Origin: Nannocystis bainbridge
GTDB taxonomy: Bacteria > Myxococcota_A > Polyangia > Nannocystales > Nannocystaceae
Length of the DNA stretch: 64,000 nt
Assembly: GCF_028368995.1 (NCBI RefSeq)
Contig: NZ_JAQNDL010000001.1
Span: 512,001-576,000 of the forward strand
Direction: 5' to 3'
The notes under the pieces were generated by a model. It ran no database searches. It was given only the letters and a program-made list of their open reading frames with translations, and was not told the DNA's origin. This document shows, in pieces, positions 38,514 to 50,462 of the stretch; the first letter of the stretch is position 1; the number at the start of each line of letters is the position of its first letter. The position numbers were made by a program, and so were the translations under genes.

Positions 38514-39722
38514 ATGAGCCTCGATATCTTCAAAGAGCGCGGTACGCCGCTCGATCGGCAATCCTTCACATGGAAGGACATGGTCGGCGAGCCCTACAGC
38601 AAGCTCGACGACGACGCCTTCACGCGCGTGCGTCAGATCTTGATGCACGGCGTGGAGCAGGAGTCCTGCCGCTTCAAGCACTTCGCGGCCCGCTTCAACC
38701 CCGAGCTGCGCCTGCCGCTCGCGCGCATCCGGCGGGTCGAGCACCACCAGGCGACGATGGTCAACTGGCTGATGCCGGGCGACCAGTCGACGCTCGAGAC
38801 GACGATCGGCTTCGAGCAGGTGGCGATCGAGGTCACCGCCCACGTCGCCGCGGTCGAGCCCGATCCCTACATGGCCCAGATCTACCGCTTCGGCCTGCTC
38901 GAGGACTTCGATCACCTTTACCGCTACGCCGCCCTGATGGACCGCCTGTGCGGCAAGGACGCCAACAACATCCTTCAGAGCTACACCGACGTGATGCCCG
39001 GGCGGCCGACCTCGGTCGAGCACCGCGCGCCCGAGGACGACCTGCGCCTTCACTACCAGAAGACCCGGGCCGCGCCGCTGACGAAGATCCACGCGGCGCT
39101 GATCACCGGCTCGGAGTGGCAGACGCGGGACTACTACCTGACCGTCGGCCCGACCTTCGCCGACCCGATCGCCCGCCAGCTCTACGCCGAGATCGCCTCG
39201 ATCGAGGAGCAGCACGTCACCCAGTACGAGGCGCTCAGCGATCCGAGCGAGACCTGGCTCGAGAAGTGGCTCGTGCAGGAGGCGACCGAGGTCTACGCCT
39301 ACTGGAGCTGCTATTCGCAGGAGCAGAACCCGCGGATCAAGCTGATCTGGGAGCGCTTCCTCAGCTACGAGCTCGAGCACCTGCGGCTGGTCCGCGAGCT
39401 GATGCAGAAGCTCGAGAACCGCGATCCGGCGGAGCTGCTGCCGGCCGAGTTCCCGGACCCGCTGAGCTTCACCAGCCACCGCAAGTTCGTGCGCGAGACG
39501 CTGGCGGCCGAGGTCGACCTGCGGGCGCGCGGCTACGACATCGTCCCGATGGACCAGGACAGCCCGGCGTCGATCGCCTACCGGGCCCAGCTCAACGCGG
39601 GCGGCTCGCCGTCCGAGGCCGTGGCCGCCGGCTATCACTGGCGCCCCGGGACCGAGCTCACCGACCGGCGTGTGCGCGACGCAGCGTTCGCGCCGCTGAG
39701 CGGACAGGAGGCTGCACAATGA
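38514..39722 (+). CDS. Tandem ferritin-like di-metal carboxylate protein (paralog of 30732-31988)
   Basis: GVEQE, VEHH, GFEQ, LLEDFDHLYRYA, IEEQHVTQYE, ELEH; AGGAG RBS. Confidence 0.85.
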   Translation: MSLDIFKERGTPLDRQSFTWKDMVGEPYSKLDDDAFTRVRQILMHGVEQESCRFKHFAARFNPELRLPLARIRRVEHHQATMVNWLMPGDQSTLETTIGFEQVAIEVTAHVAAVEPDPYMAQIYRFGLLEDFDHLYRYAALMDRLCGKDANNILQSYTDVMPGRPTSVEHRAPEDDLRLHYQKTRAAPLTKIHAALITGSEWQTRDYYLTVGPTFADPIARQLYAEIASIEEQHVTQYEALSDPSETWLEKWLVQEATEVYAYWSCYSQEQNPRIKLIWERFLSYELEHLRLVRELMQKLENRDPAELLPAEFPDPLSFTSHRKFVRETLAAEVDLRARGYDIVPMDQDSPASIAYRAQLNAGGSPSEAVAAGYHWRPGTELTDRRVRDAAFAPLSGQEAAQ

Positions 39723-40480
39723 ACAAGAACGACCGCCCCACCGACATCGGCATCAATCGCACCGGCATCGCCCTGTCGCCCCTGGACGGGCCGCTGACCG
39801 CGGAGGGCGCCAGCGCGGCCCCGCCGAGCTCGGCCGGCTCGTGGCAGGACGCGGCCATGGTCCGCCTCCGCTACGCCGCCGAGGCCAGCGAGTTCGGCCA
39901 CATGCCGCCGCCGGCGACCCTGCGCGGCCTGGCCAAGACCGCCAAGGAGCTGCTCAAGGGCCACAAGGCCAACGTGCTGCTCGACAAGCTCGGCGAGCGG
40001 CTGGCGTTCGAGCGCACCGGCGTGCGCCTCTACGACGGCCTGATCGTCAAGTTCGAGGCCAACGGCTCGTGGGAGGGCGGCCCGACGCTCGAGGAGCTGG
40101 TCGCCTTCCGCAGCGACGAGGCCCGCCACTTCGAGCTGATGGTCCAGGCCCTGGTCAAGCTCGGCGCCGACCCGACTGCGATGACCCCCTCGGCCGACAT
40201 CACGGCGGTCGAGAGCCTCGGCGTCCTGCAGGTCATCTCCGATCCCCGCACCGGCCTCGCCCACGCCCTGCACGCGCAGCAGATCGCCGAGCTGGCCGAC
40301 GTCGCCGGCTGGGACCTGCTCGCGTCGCTCTCCGAGACCCTCGGTCACACCGAGCTGGCCGCCGAGTGCCGGCGGGCGCTCGCGCAGGAGAACCTGCACG
40401 CCGCCGCGGTCGCGCGCTGGCTCAAGGCCCACGCGGAGGTCGCGGCCCGCGGCGAGCTCGAGCAGGCCGTCGCCAGCTGA
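39719..40480 (+). CDS. Ferritin-like domain protein
   Basis: LLDKLGERLAFERTGVRLYD, DEARH, AEL.D..GW, QENLH. Confidence 0.85.
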   Translation: MNKNDRPTDIGINRTGIALSPLDGPLTAEGASAAPPSSAGSWQDAAMVRLRYAAEASEFGHMPPPATLRGLAKTAKELLKGHKANVLLDKLGERLAFERTGVRLYDGLIVKFEANGSWEGGPTLEELVAFRSDEARHFELMVQALVKLGADPTAMTPSADITAVESLGVLQVISDPRTGLAHALHAQQIAELADVAGWDLLASLSETLGHTELAAECRRALAQENLHAAAVARWLKAHAEVAARGELEQAVAS

Positions 40481-40583
40481 TCCTCGCAACGTCGCCACGA
40501 AGGCCGCCCTGCCCGCTCGGGCCCGGGCGGCCTTCGTGTCTCATCGTCGCGCCGATGTCGTCGGCAATGCCAGCACCCCGCGC

Positions 40584-41417
40584 TCACGCCCTGCGCGTCG
40601 GCGCGATCGGCAGCACCCGCGGCGCGTCGACCTCGCGGTCGGGGATCGTCGTCGGCAGCTCGAGGTGATAGACGCCGCTCGGCATCAGCCCGCAGCCGCC
40701 GAAGCGGGCCATGACGCGCAGCTGGGCCAGCACGTCCTCCCCGCAGTGCTCGCGCGGCAGCTCGGTCCAGAACCCGAACCCGCCGACGGCGCGCAGCTTG
40801 GCCGCGTCGTAGAGCACGCAGCCGCCGACCCACGCGACCTTGTAACAGCGCGTGCGCTCGGGGGTCAGCGCCAGCGCGCGTTGCACGTGCCAGAGGTTGG
40901 CGGCGTTGTGAAGCTCGTGGCGCGACCACGCGGGGCCGCCGCACTCGACGAGCTCGGGCTCGACCGGCCCGTCCCACAGCTCGAAGCGCTGCTGGTGCGG
41001 GCGCAGGCAATCGATCCGGCTCAGGCCGATCACGGCGCTGCCGACGAAGCCGCAGCGCTCGCGCGCCAGGGCGGCGGTCATCTGTGCGACCACCCACGGC
41101 TCGAGCAGCAGGTCGTCGTCGAGGTAGAGCACCTGGTCCGCGCGGGCCTGGTCGAGCAAGAATTGCCGCTGCTCGGCGACGCCGCGCCGCGGCAAGTGAC
41201 GGTGCAGCTCCACCGCGTGGCCGTGCGCCCGCAGCACCCGCATCACCGCGCGCACCTCGCCGTGCGCCTCCACCGGCACGTCCCCCTGATCCGACACGAC
41301 GATCCGGAACGGGGCGCCGCCCGGCGCGATCAGGGTCTGCGCGCTCAAACTGGTCAAGGTGACGGCCAACGCGGCCGGACGACCGCACGTGGGGAGCAGC
41401 ACATCGAGGTGGTTCAT
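40584..41417 (-). CDS. Glycosyltransferase family 2
   Basis: DVLLPT, VSDQ, YLDDD, GEDV. Confidence 0.85.
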   Translation of the reverse strand: MNHLDVLLPTCGRPAALAVTLTSLSAQTLIAPGGAPFRIVVSDQGDVPVEAHGEVRAVMRVLRAHGHAVELHRHLPRRGVAEQRQFLLDQARADQVLYLDDDLLLEPWVVAQMTAALARERCGFVGSAVIGLSRIDCLRPHQQRFELWDGPVEPELVECGGPAWSRHELHNAANLWHVQRALALTPERTRCYKVAWVGGCVLYDAAKLRAVGGFGFWTELPREHCGEDVLAQLRVMARFGGCGLMPSGVYHLELPTTIPDREVDAPRVLPIAPTRRA

Positions 41418-41644
41418 GACGAATGGGGGCAGCGCGGCGGCGCGAAGGCTTGCACACGTCGCCTCGACGACAAGCAAGGGCGACCGCCGCGGCGCCGTGA
41501 TTCGTGCATCGGCAATGCGCACACCCTCGCCGCCCAGGGCCGCTCCCGGGCCGTGCGCGGCGGACGAACGACACCTTCCATTTCATTGCCACGATCCACG
41601 CGGTGACCCTGGCCACGCCATCGTAGGAGCGCCGGAGCGCCGGC

Positions 41645-41672
41645 TTGACCGCAAAAACGCCGGTGCTATCCG
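41645..41672 (+). promoter_or_regulatory. Possible sigma-70-type promoter
   Basis: TTGACC-16 bp-TATCCG preceded by TGn, 20 bp before ATG 41693. Confidence 0.3.
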
Positions 41673-41692
41673 TTTAGCCCGCGAGACGCATC

Positions 41693-41950
41693 ATGACCAA
41701 GACCCTGGCCTCCCCGATCGACCTGGCTCGTCACCTCCGCGGCATCGACTTCCCGGTCCAAAAAGAGGACCTGATCCAGCACGCCCGCGACAACAACGCC
41801 GACGAAGCCGTGCTGCGCGAGATGGAGGCGATGCCCGAGCAGGAGTTCCGCAGCATGAAGGACGTCACCCGGGCGATGGGCCACGCGGAGGACGAGCAAG
41901 ACGAGGAGCAGCCCGGCGTCCGCCAGGACAGGACCCGCAGCGGGCGCTGA
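41693..41950 (+). CDS. DUF2795 domain protein
   Basis: L.GIDFPV.KEDLI.HA..N.A..MPEQEF.S..DV. Confidence 0.85.
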   Translation: MTKTLASPIDLARHLRGIDFPVQKEDLIQHARDNNADEAVLREMEAMPEQEFRSMKDVTRAMGHAEDEQDEEQPGVRQDRTRSGR

Positions 41951-41989
41951 CCGCCCGCGCCGACGCGCGCGCCGAACCATCGGAGGACC

Positions 41990-43825
41990 ATGACGATCGC
42001 CGCCAGCGAGCCCGCCATCTCGGTGTTGATGCCGACCTTCGGCCACGCCCGCTTCGTGCCCGCCGCGCTCGCCAGCTTGCTGGCGCAGGAGCGAACCGAC
42101 TGGGAGCTCGTCATCGTCGACGACGCCTCCCCCGACGACACCGCGGTGGTCGTCGCGCCCTACCTCGCCGACCGGCGGATCCGCTACGAGCGCTTGCCCG
42201 CCAACCTCGGCCTCGGCGCCGCGCTCAACGTCGCCAGCGACCTGGCCCGCGCGCCCCGGCTGGCCTACCTGCCCTCCGACGACCGCTACGACCCCGATCA
42301 CCTCGGCTCGCTGGCGGCCCGGCTCGACGCCGACCCGGCGGCCGTGCTCGCCTATTCGGGCGTCCGCCATCACTACAACCGCCGCGCCGACGGGGCCGTC
42401 GACGGCCATTGTCTACAGTTGGTCCAGGTGATGCATCGGCGCACCGCCGCGCGCTGGCTGGAGCGCGCCGATCTGGTCACCGACGACCTCGGGCGCATGC
42501 TGTGGGACCGCCTGCTGCGCGACGGCCCCGCGGTGGCGACCGGGCGCGCCACCTGCGAATGGGTCGACCACCCGGGGCAATTGCACAAGCTCTTGCGCGA
42601 GCCGCTCGGAGGGCTCAACGCCTATCGCCAGCGCTTCGCCGTGCGCCACCCGCTCCGCTTTCACAGCAGCGTCGGCAACCCGATCGACGAGGTCGAGCAC
42701 TACCGCCGCGCCCGCGAGCGGCCATCGACGCCGCGGGCGCGCGATGGCCTGACGATCCTGCTGGTCGGCGAGCTGGCCTACAACGCCGATCGCGTGCTCG
42801 CGCTCGAGGAGCGCGGGCACTCGCTGTACGGCCTGTGGATGAGCGATCCGCACTGGTACAACACCGTCGGGCCGCTGCCGTTCGGCCACGTGCGCGACCT
42901 GCCGCGCGACGACTGGCGGACGATGATCGCCGCGCTCCGGCCCGACGTGATCTACGCCCAGCTCAACTGGCAAGCGGTGCCGTTCGCCCGCGAGGTGCTG
43001 GCCGCCGACACCGGCGTGCCGTTCGTCTGGCACTTCAAGGAGGGGCCGTTCATCTGCCGCGAGCAGGGCAGCTGGGACGCGCTGATGCAGCTTCACACCC
43101 GCGCCGACGGCCTCGTGTATTCGAGCCCCGAGATGCGCGACTGGTTCGCCACGGTGTTGCCCGCCAGCGCCGCCGCCATCCCGTCGATCGTGCTCGACGG
43201 CGACCTGCCGCGGCGCGAATGGTTCGTCGAAACGACCACGCCGCGGCTGTCGCAGCGCGACGGGGCGATCCACACGGTCGTGCCCGGGCGGCCGATCGGC
43301 CTCCACCCGCGCCACATCGCCGAGCTGGCGGCGGAGGACGTGCACCTGCATTTTTACGGCGACTTCACCCACGGACAGTGGCGCGGCTGGATCGACCGCG
43401 CGCGCGCGGCGGCGCCGCGGCACCTGCACCTGCACCCGCACGTCGATCCGCGCCGGTGGGTCGAGGAGTTCTCGCGCTACGACGCCGGGTGGCTGCACTT
43501 CTTCGCCAGCCGCAACGGCGGCGACGTCGGCCGCGCCGACTGGGACGACCTCAACATCCCGGCCCGCGCCAGCACCCTCGCGGCCGCCGGGCTGCCGATG
43601 ATCCAGCGCGACAACGACGGCGCCTGCGTGGCCACCCAAAACCTGGCCCGCCAGCTCGGTGTCGGCCTGTTCGCCCGCGACATGGCCGAGCTCGGGGCCC
43701 GGCTGCGCGACCGGCCCGGCATGGACGCGGTGCGCGAGCGGGTCTGGCAGCGGCGCGACGTCTTCACCTTCGATCACCACGCCGATCGCCTCGTGGAATT
43801 CTTCACCGCGGTCGCCCGCCGCTAG
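41990..43825 (+). CDS. Two-domain glycosyltransferase (GT2 N-terminal + GT-B-like C-terminal)
   Basis: ISVLMPTF, VIVDDAS.D, YLPSDD; GGAGG RBS. Confidence 0.85.
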   Translation: MTIAASEPAISVLMPTFGHARFVPAALASLLAQERTDWELVIVDDASPDDTAVVVAPYLADRRIRYERLPANLGLGAALNVASDLARAPRLAYLPSDDRYDPDHLGSLAARLDADPAAVLAYSGVRHHYNRRADGAVDGHCLQLVQVMHRRTAARWLERADLVTDDLGRMLWDRLLRDGPAVATGRATCEWVDHPGQLHKLLREPLGGLNAYRQRFAVRHPLRFHSSVGNPIDEVEHYRRARERPSTPRARDGLTILLVGELAYNADRVLALEERGHSLYGLWMSDPHWYNTVGPLPFGHVRDLPRDDWRTMIAALRPDVIYAQLNWQAVPFAREVLAADTGVPFVWHFKEGPFICREQGSWDALMQLHTRADGLVYSSPEMRDWFATVLPASAAAIPSIVLDGDLPRREWFVETTTPRLSQRDGAIHTVVPGRPIGLHPRHIAELAAEDVHLHFYGDFTHGQWRGWIDRARAAAPRHLHLHPHVDPRRWVEEFSRYDAGWLHFFASRNGGDVGRADWDDLNIPARASTLAAAGLPMIQRDNDGACVATQNLARQLGVGLFARDMAELGARLRDRPGMDAVRERVWQRRDVFTFDHHADRLVEFFTAVARR

Positions 43826-43913
43826 GAGCCTGCCTGAGAAACGCGCGGGCGAAGGCGCGGGGCCGTGGGGATCTGGTTGACGGCGGGCTCGGAGCGGCGG
43901 AGCGGGTCCCTTG

Positions 43914-43919
43914 TATGTT
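43914..43919 (+). promoter_or_regulatory. -10 box of IS circle-junction promoter (TATGTT)
   Basis: Lies 18 bp from TTGACG (45293-45298) once the ends are joined at CT. Confidence 0.65.
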
Positions 43920-43924
43920 CCTCG

Positions 43925-45298
<1,374 letters not shown>

Positions 45299-45520
45299 CC
45301 GCAACACAACTGCTCGCTACGGCGGGGCCCTCCCAGGCGACGTGCTCGTCGCCCTCGACTACGAGAGACATCTGTCCTTAAGAACAGAAGTGTCTCGTGC
45401 ACCACGGACGATGGCTCCTGCGCGCGGTTGCCTGCGGCCCGTCCCGCCTGCGTACCCGCAGAACGCCCCAAACCCGCCCCTGTCGTTTCCTGGCCCAATT
45501 CGGCGTTCTGCGGGGATTTC

Positions 45521-45549
45521 GGAACCGGACCGAACCGGACCGAGCCGGC
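45521..45549. repeat. Three 10-bp tandem units (GAACCGGAC-like)
   Basis: GGAACCGGAC CGAACCGGAC CGAGCCGGC. Confidence 0.6.
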
Positions 45550-46337
45550 TCTGTTTGCAAACCGAACGCAACCGCGCGCTCGCGGAAGAACCTGGTGACC
45601 GAGAACCTCCCGGTTACGCCCACTACGTCCGAGACCTGGTGTCAGGGCCACTGCGGGTCGACACTCCTTCGAGCGCCGGCCCTCGGCGTGCGCGGCGACC
45701 CGCGGGAACACGCGCGGCGAAACGTGTCCACGAAACGCGTCGGCAAAGCACGACGGCAAATTTTCGCCAATCGCTACCGGCGCCAACATATTAACCTGTC
45801 TCGAAGGGCAAAGGCAGTAGCCTCGGCCGTAGCGCATCTGACTCTCGCAGCGAACAGGAGCACGTCGCCGCGGCTCGCGCGCCTCCAACTCGGGCCGGCC
45901 GGCCAACTCCCGCTTGAGCCAGGCCAGGTGGTCCGCCCGTACCGCCTGGTGCAGTGGCACAGACGCCGTTGCCTCACCGCCGCCGCTGCAAGCCCGACGG
46001 TCGTGAGCGCCGGTGGTGGCATGGCACCGGTGGTCCCGTGCCTCCCGGCCGCTCGGGACCTCGCGGAGTCCTGACAGAACGTTTCACGCGGGTTGATACG
46101 AGTATCGACGACACGCACGTGCGGTGGGCTTCTTGATGAGAATGCAACTCGCTCGCAGCCGACTCGCCCGCCGATCTCGCAGCGGTGATCGACGAGCTCG
46201 CGCGGGCCGCCGCAGGGGTCCTGTGGGTCAGCGAGGCAGTGCCGTCAGGGCCGCGGCGCTGGTCGCCGCGGCGCTGGCGATGGACGTCTCCCTCGCAGCC
46301 AAAGCGTTCGACCCCGTTCCCCCCGGCGACACCGAGT

Positions 46338-47348
46338 TCAAGGCTTCGTCTGCTGGGAGCGCAACACAGCTAGTGTGTCCTTGAGCACCTGTTCCAAACT
46401 GGCCAGTGGTGCCTTGGGTGACGCACCAAAGTCTACAGAATGGCTTGCGAACAGCTTCGACAATTTTTCAAGCGATTGCTCAGGCGAATGATGCCGCACA
46501 AACATCGCGTCGGCCAGCGATTCGCATGCATTGGCAAGACGGGAATTATATCTGTACAACGACACCAGAATTTGAACCAAGAACACCAACATGAGCACGA
46601 TGCCGACTCGCGTCGAAAGCGTTGTAATAAGGTATGTCTCCAAGCGACTCTCCGATTGAAACGCGGTGCTTTTCTGCAATTCAGCGAACCCTTCAATGAG
46701 CTTGTCAGCCTGAGCCTTTTGCGCCTCACACACGGATGCTGCGACGACCCACGGCCTATCGGCATACTCGTCACTAAGGAGCAGACCCTTCTTTTCATAA
46801 TCACGCAACCCCTTAAAGGTCAGGCTGACCTTCTCCCTCTCCTTTTCCTGAAACGGCAAACCTGCCTGGAAAGCGGCATGAGATTCATTAAGCACAGAGG
46901 TTGCCTGCCGCATCCGTTTTTCGATCTCCGCGAGCGCCCCAAACGAGTCCGCCCGTACGAAGATCCAGATAGCGATGCCAATCGAAGAGACGATAGCAAG
47001 GAGTATGAACCAACTTTGCGTGCGAAGCCCCCTGGCACGGCGACGGAGATGGGCCGCCAAGAAAACCATTTCAGCCGAATGCTCGCCCGGCCAGGAAGGG
47101 GCAGGAAAGGCATACAAGCCCAAACTAATGCTCGCACTCATACCCACAATGAGACATGCGAACCCCGGGAGTATCTTGTCGGCCTCTATCAGACTCACCG
47201 TGAAGATGAGCGAGACCACACCGATACACCAGCATATCACGGCCGTAGCGAGCCTGGATTCGGACGATGCGGGCTGCGTGCCGGATGAAGGAACTGTCCA
47301 ATGGGCCGCTATTTCTTCAGGATTAAAGCGGTGCTGTTGTTCAAGCAT
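46338..47348 (-). CDS. Hypothetical 4-TM/coiled-coil membrane protein, lower GC
   Basis: ORF from MLEQQ; TM segments; LVSLYRYNSRLANA..SLADAM. Confidence 0.65.
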   Translation of the reverse strand: MLEQQHRFNPEEIAAHWTVPSSGTQPASSESRLATAVICWCIGVVSLIFTVSLIEADKILPGFACLIVGMSASISLGLYAFPAPSWPGEHSAEMVFLAAHLRRRARGLRTQSWFILLAIVSSIGIAIWIFVRADSFGALAEIEKRMRQATSVLNESHAAFQAGLPFQEKEREKVSLTFKGLRDYEKKGLLLSDEYADRPWVVAASVCEAQKAQADKLIEGFAELQKSTAFQSESRLETYLITTLSTRVGIVLMLVFLVQILVSLYRYNSRLANACESLADAMFVRHHSPEQSLEKLSKLFASHSVDFGASPKAPLASLEQVLKDTLAVLRSQQTKP

Positions 47349-48657
47349 CGGAAGAGTGTACGCCGCTCCGAGGCTTCTTCGCATAGACTCGCATTTGCGG
47401 ACTCTACGAAATTTAACCTTGTTCCCGAATGTGCCATGACCGCGCACAATCGCACGGCGCCGGCGCAAAGACGCGGGCGGCGTCGCTGAGTGCTCGCTCA
47501 GTGGGCCGAATTAGTCACCGGAAAGGCCGAGGGTTGATACTGAGGCGTGCCGGGGTGCTGATGGTGGAAGCGCAAGCCCGTTGATGATCGCGCCGACGCC
47601 GCGGTCGAGGGGCTCCTCAGGATCGGCAGCGACGTGCTGGATCTCGGCGAGCACGACCTTTGGGCCCACATCGATTGCCAAGGTCAACTGCGTAGGTGCG
47701 TCAGGGCAACGGGCGAACTCCGCACGGCGCGTGGTCAGCAACGAGTGCAGGGCCGTGCGCGTCGACAGGCTTGACGTGGAGGGCACATCAGTCTTGACGG
47801 GGATCAACGGCGCATCCATGACGGAGCTCGAGGGTGCTCTGCAATACCGGCCAGCACAGGGCTCGATTTCGAGTGTTCCGGCTCCCTCTCCGGTCCGATC
47901 GGGACCGGTGGTGTTGGCGTGGGGGGCGTGGAAGTCACCTGGAGCGCCGGCGTTCGCTAGCCCGCGCGAGGTGCTCGCCGGCGCAGCTCGGTGGACGGCC
48001 GAGCTACTCGGCCCGGCTCGAGTTCACCCTGGGCAACGAGGGGACCCAGAAAATCTCGCTGCAGGACCCGATGGTGCCCGAGGATGGCGAGTCGCTGCTG
48101 AGCCTACTCATCTCGCAAGGGCCGACTCGGGAGGTCCCCTCCCCGACACCGAAGCACGTCACCATCACGCCCCACATGCTCTCGCGGCTCGACCAGGCCC
48201 AGCCCCACGCCAGAAGGCCGCCGGGCTCGCACCTCGAGCTCGCGCCGGGTGAGTCGGTGCGGTTCGCCGCCACACCATCGGCCTACCTGTCGCCGACCGA
48301 GCACCGAGCCGTCCTGCTCGTCGACACGGGAGAGTGCCCCCGGGAGAGTGCCCCCAGCGGCCAACCGATCACGAGTTCGGCGTTCTCACCGTCGATATGC
48401 CGTCCCTTCGCATTGTCCATCGATAAATCCTTCAATCGTAGAGAGGTGGCGAATGCATTGCCACCCCATGCGGAAGGAATAGCCCCATTTGAAATTCGTG
48501 TCGGCTTGCGCGGAGGCGGTTGCGGTTGGCGGAACCGGCTGTCGCCGCGCCAAGCGCGCACAGAGCGGGGAAGTAACCGCACGCGCGCAATCGCGCTCTG
48601 CGCGACACCCGTCTGGCCACGTTCGCCCGCTCCGTGGTATGGTAAACCCTCACGTTC

Positions 48658-50460
48658 ATGACGCCGACCTTGACCATCGAGAAGGCCCTACACAGGCACC
48701 AGCGCGCGAACGCGCATAGGGCTGGACACGATTTCTTCACAAAGTATTTTCTGCTGCGTGAGCGACTGACGAAGGTCGAATATGCGCAGGCGATGCAGGG
48801 TTTTGCAGGAGGCAACGATCACGGACCGCAGCACATCTTTCGAGTGTTGGGATATCTCGACGCTCTACTCGGTAAAAACCCTACAAAGGTGCTTAATGTC
48901 TACGAATTATTTCTCGCAATGATGGCGGTGTTGTATCACGATGTAGGCATTTTGCTTGGACGGGAGCAGCACGCAGAGAAAAGCGCGTACCTGCTATCGC
49001 TGGAGCGGAATGACTACGTTTTCGACGCGCTTGACAAGGAGTACATGTCGATCGCGGTGCGTGACCACTCCAGCTCTCAGCTGATTGAGGAGGACTGCAA
49101 GAAATACCCTGATGAATTCAAAGTTCGAGAACACACCTTGCGAATCCGTCGAGTTGCGGCACTGGTACGTCTCGCTGACGAAATTGACGAAGACGCACAG
49201 CGCGCCCCCGCGGATCTTGAGGCAAAAATGCAATTGCCGGAGGCCTCTCGATTTTTCTGGGCTTTTAATCAAAGAGTCCTGGGCGTCGCACCCGACCCCA
49301 ATCGAAAGCACATCGCCATTACCATGCAGTTCCGACCCGAGGATGTGACGACGAACTTTCCTCTTCCCGGCAAAGAGCCACAGCCATTCGTCCGCTTGGC
49401 AATCGAGAAAATTTTGAAGATCAACAAGGAACGGGTCTACTGCAACCGCTTCTTGCCAGACAATGCGCAGTACACACGACTCGAGCTAACGCTGCTGCCC
49501 CTAAAGATTGATTCGTCGTGGACGACCCCATCGGTTCACACCCTCAGCGACGCTACGACATTCGAGGAGTTATGGGCTCATCTCCCTGCGGATCTTCTTC
49601 CTCAGCAAAAAAATACACCGGCATCAATTGTTGAGGCCCGGCTCCTTCCGGCCGTGGCCCATGGCGAAATCGTCGGAGAGGAAGAGTTCAAGCGACTCTA
49701 CGATTTGATCCAAAATTTGGAAGACGAGCTTTCCATCGAGGGTACTATCGACACGAGACTTCGACATGGTGAGAACGTTACCGAAGAGCATATGAACAAG
49801 ATCTTGAGAGCAATCTCAGGAGTTCGGCGAGCGCTCGGATTGCCTATCACCTGGAGAAATTGGCCTGTGGGCCCAACACGACTCGTCACAGCTGATGCGT
49901 TCAACGAGATCCTCGCTTCCATAAACCAGGCGGCAAAAGCCGCGGCGGTGAAGCGAGGAAAAGCGACCTCAACTCAAATCGAGGAAAGCCCTGCACTGGA
50001 TCCCGACCGTGATCTGTCTCTCGATACTGTCACTGAGGCGATCCATCGTCAACTGGTCGAGTTCTTTGGATACGACGTGAGTATTATTTCGTTTGATGAG
50101 ATCGATGGCGTGAAGTATCTGGACGTCAGCATTATCAGCAAGGCGCGCACTCCTTACGAAGTTCAAACCGAAGTCCTCTTGTTCGCTAGGCACATTGGGC
50201 TTGTTCCGAAGGACGCCTTGGCGTACGTGTCGCTGAATCTGCTCCGCCCTCCCCAGGAGGAATACGTGCCAGACCTCTCAATCGCAGACGTTTCTCTACA
50301 AGCTCGGATCGCGCTTACCGATCTGCATGACTTTAGGGCCTCGAAGGTCACCGCAAAGCAGATCTGGGATAAGATTGGCTTTTTCGTTCCCGCTGCGCTG
50401 AATGAACTTAATCGCCCCGTTCTCCAGCAAGCCAAAATTCTTTTCTCTGGCGGAGTTTGA
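48658..50460 (+). CDS. HD-domain protein (HD-CE-like conflict-system type) with uncharacterised C-terminal region
   Basis: NDHG.QH..RV, LYHDVG, RDH, RLADEID; visibly lower GC than flanks. Confidence 0.75.
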   Translation: MTPTLTIEKALHRHQRANAHRAGHDFFTKYFLLRERLTKVEYAQAMQGFAGGNDHGPQHIFRVLGYLDALLGKNPTKVLNVYELFLAMMAVLYHDVGILLGREQHAEKSAYLLSLERNDYVFDALDKEYMSIAVRDHSSSQLIEEDCKKYPDEFKVREHTLRIRRVAALVRLADEIDEDAQRAPADLEAKMQLPEASRFFWAFNQRVLGVAPDPNRKHIAITMQFRPEDVTTNFPLPGKEPQPFVRLAIEKILKINKERVYCNRFLPDNAQYTRLELTLLPLKIDSSWTTPSVHTLSDATTFEELWAHLPADLLPQQKNTPASIVEARLLPAVAHGEIVGEEEFKRLYDLIQNLEDELSIEGTIDTRLRHGENVTEEHMNKILRAISGVRRALGLPITWRNWPVGPTRLVTADAFNEILASINQAAKAAAVKRGKATSTQIEESPALDPDRDLSLDTVTEAIHRQLVEFFGYDVSIISFDEIDGVKYLDVSIISKARTPYEVQTEVLLFARHIGLVPKDALAYVSLNLLRPPQEEYVPDLSIADVSLQARIALTDLHDFRASKVTAKQIWDKIGFFVPAALNELNRPVLQQAKILFSGGV

Positions 50461-50462
50461 GA

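Noticed and set aside
45521-45549. 10-bp tandem repeats as iterons or an origin
   Set aside because: Only three short units and no rep gene or AT-rich unwinding region
47511-48420. Short ORFs 47511-47819 (-) and about 48000-48350 (+) that look like fragments of myxobacterial exported proteins
   Set aside because: No clear starts or recognisable family; probably remnants, too weak to annotate
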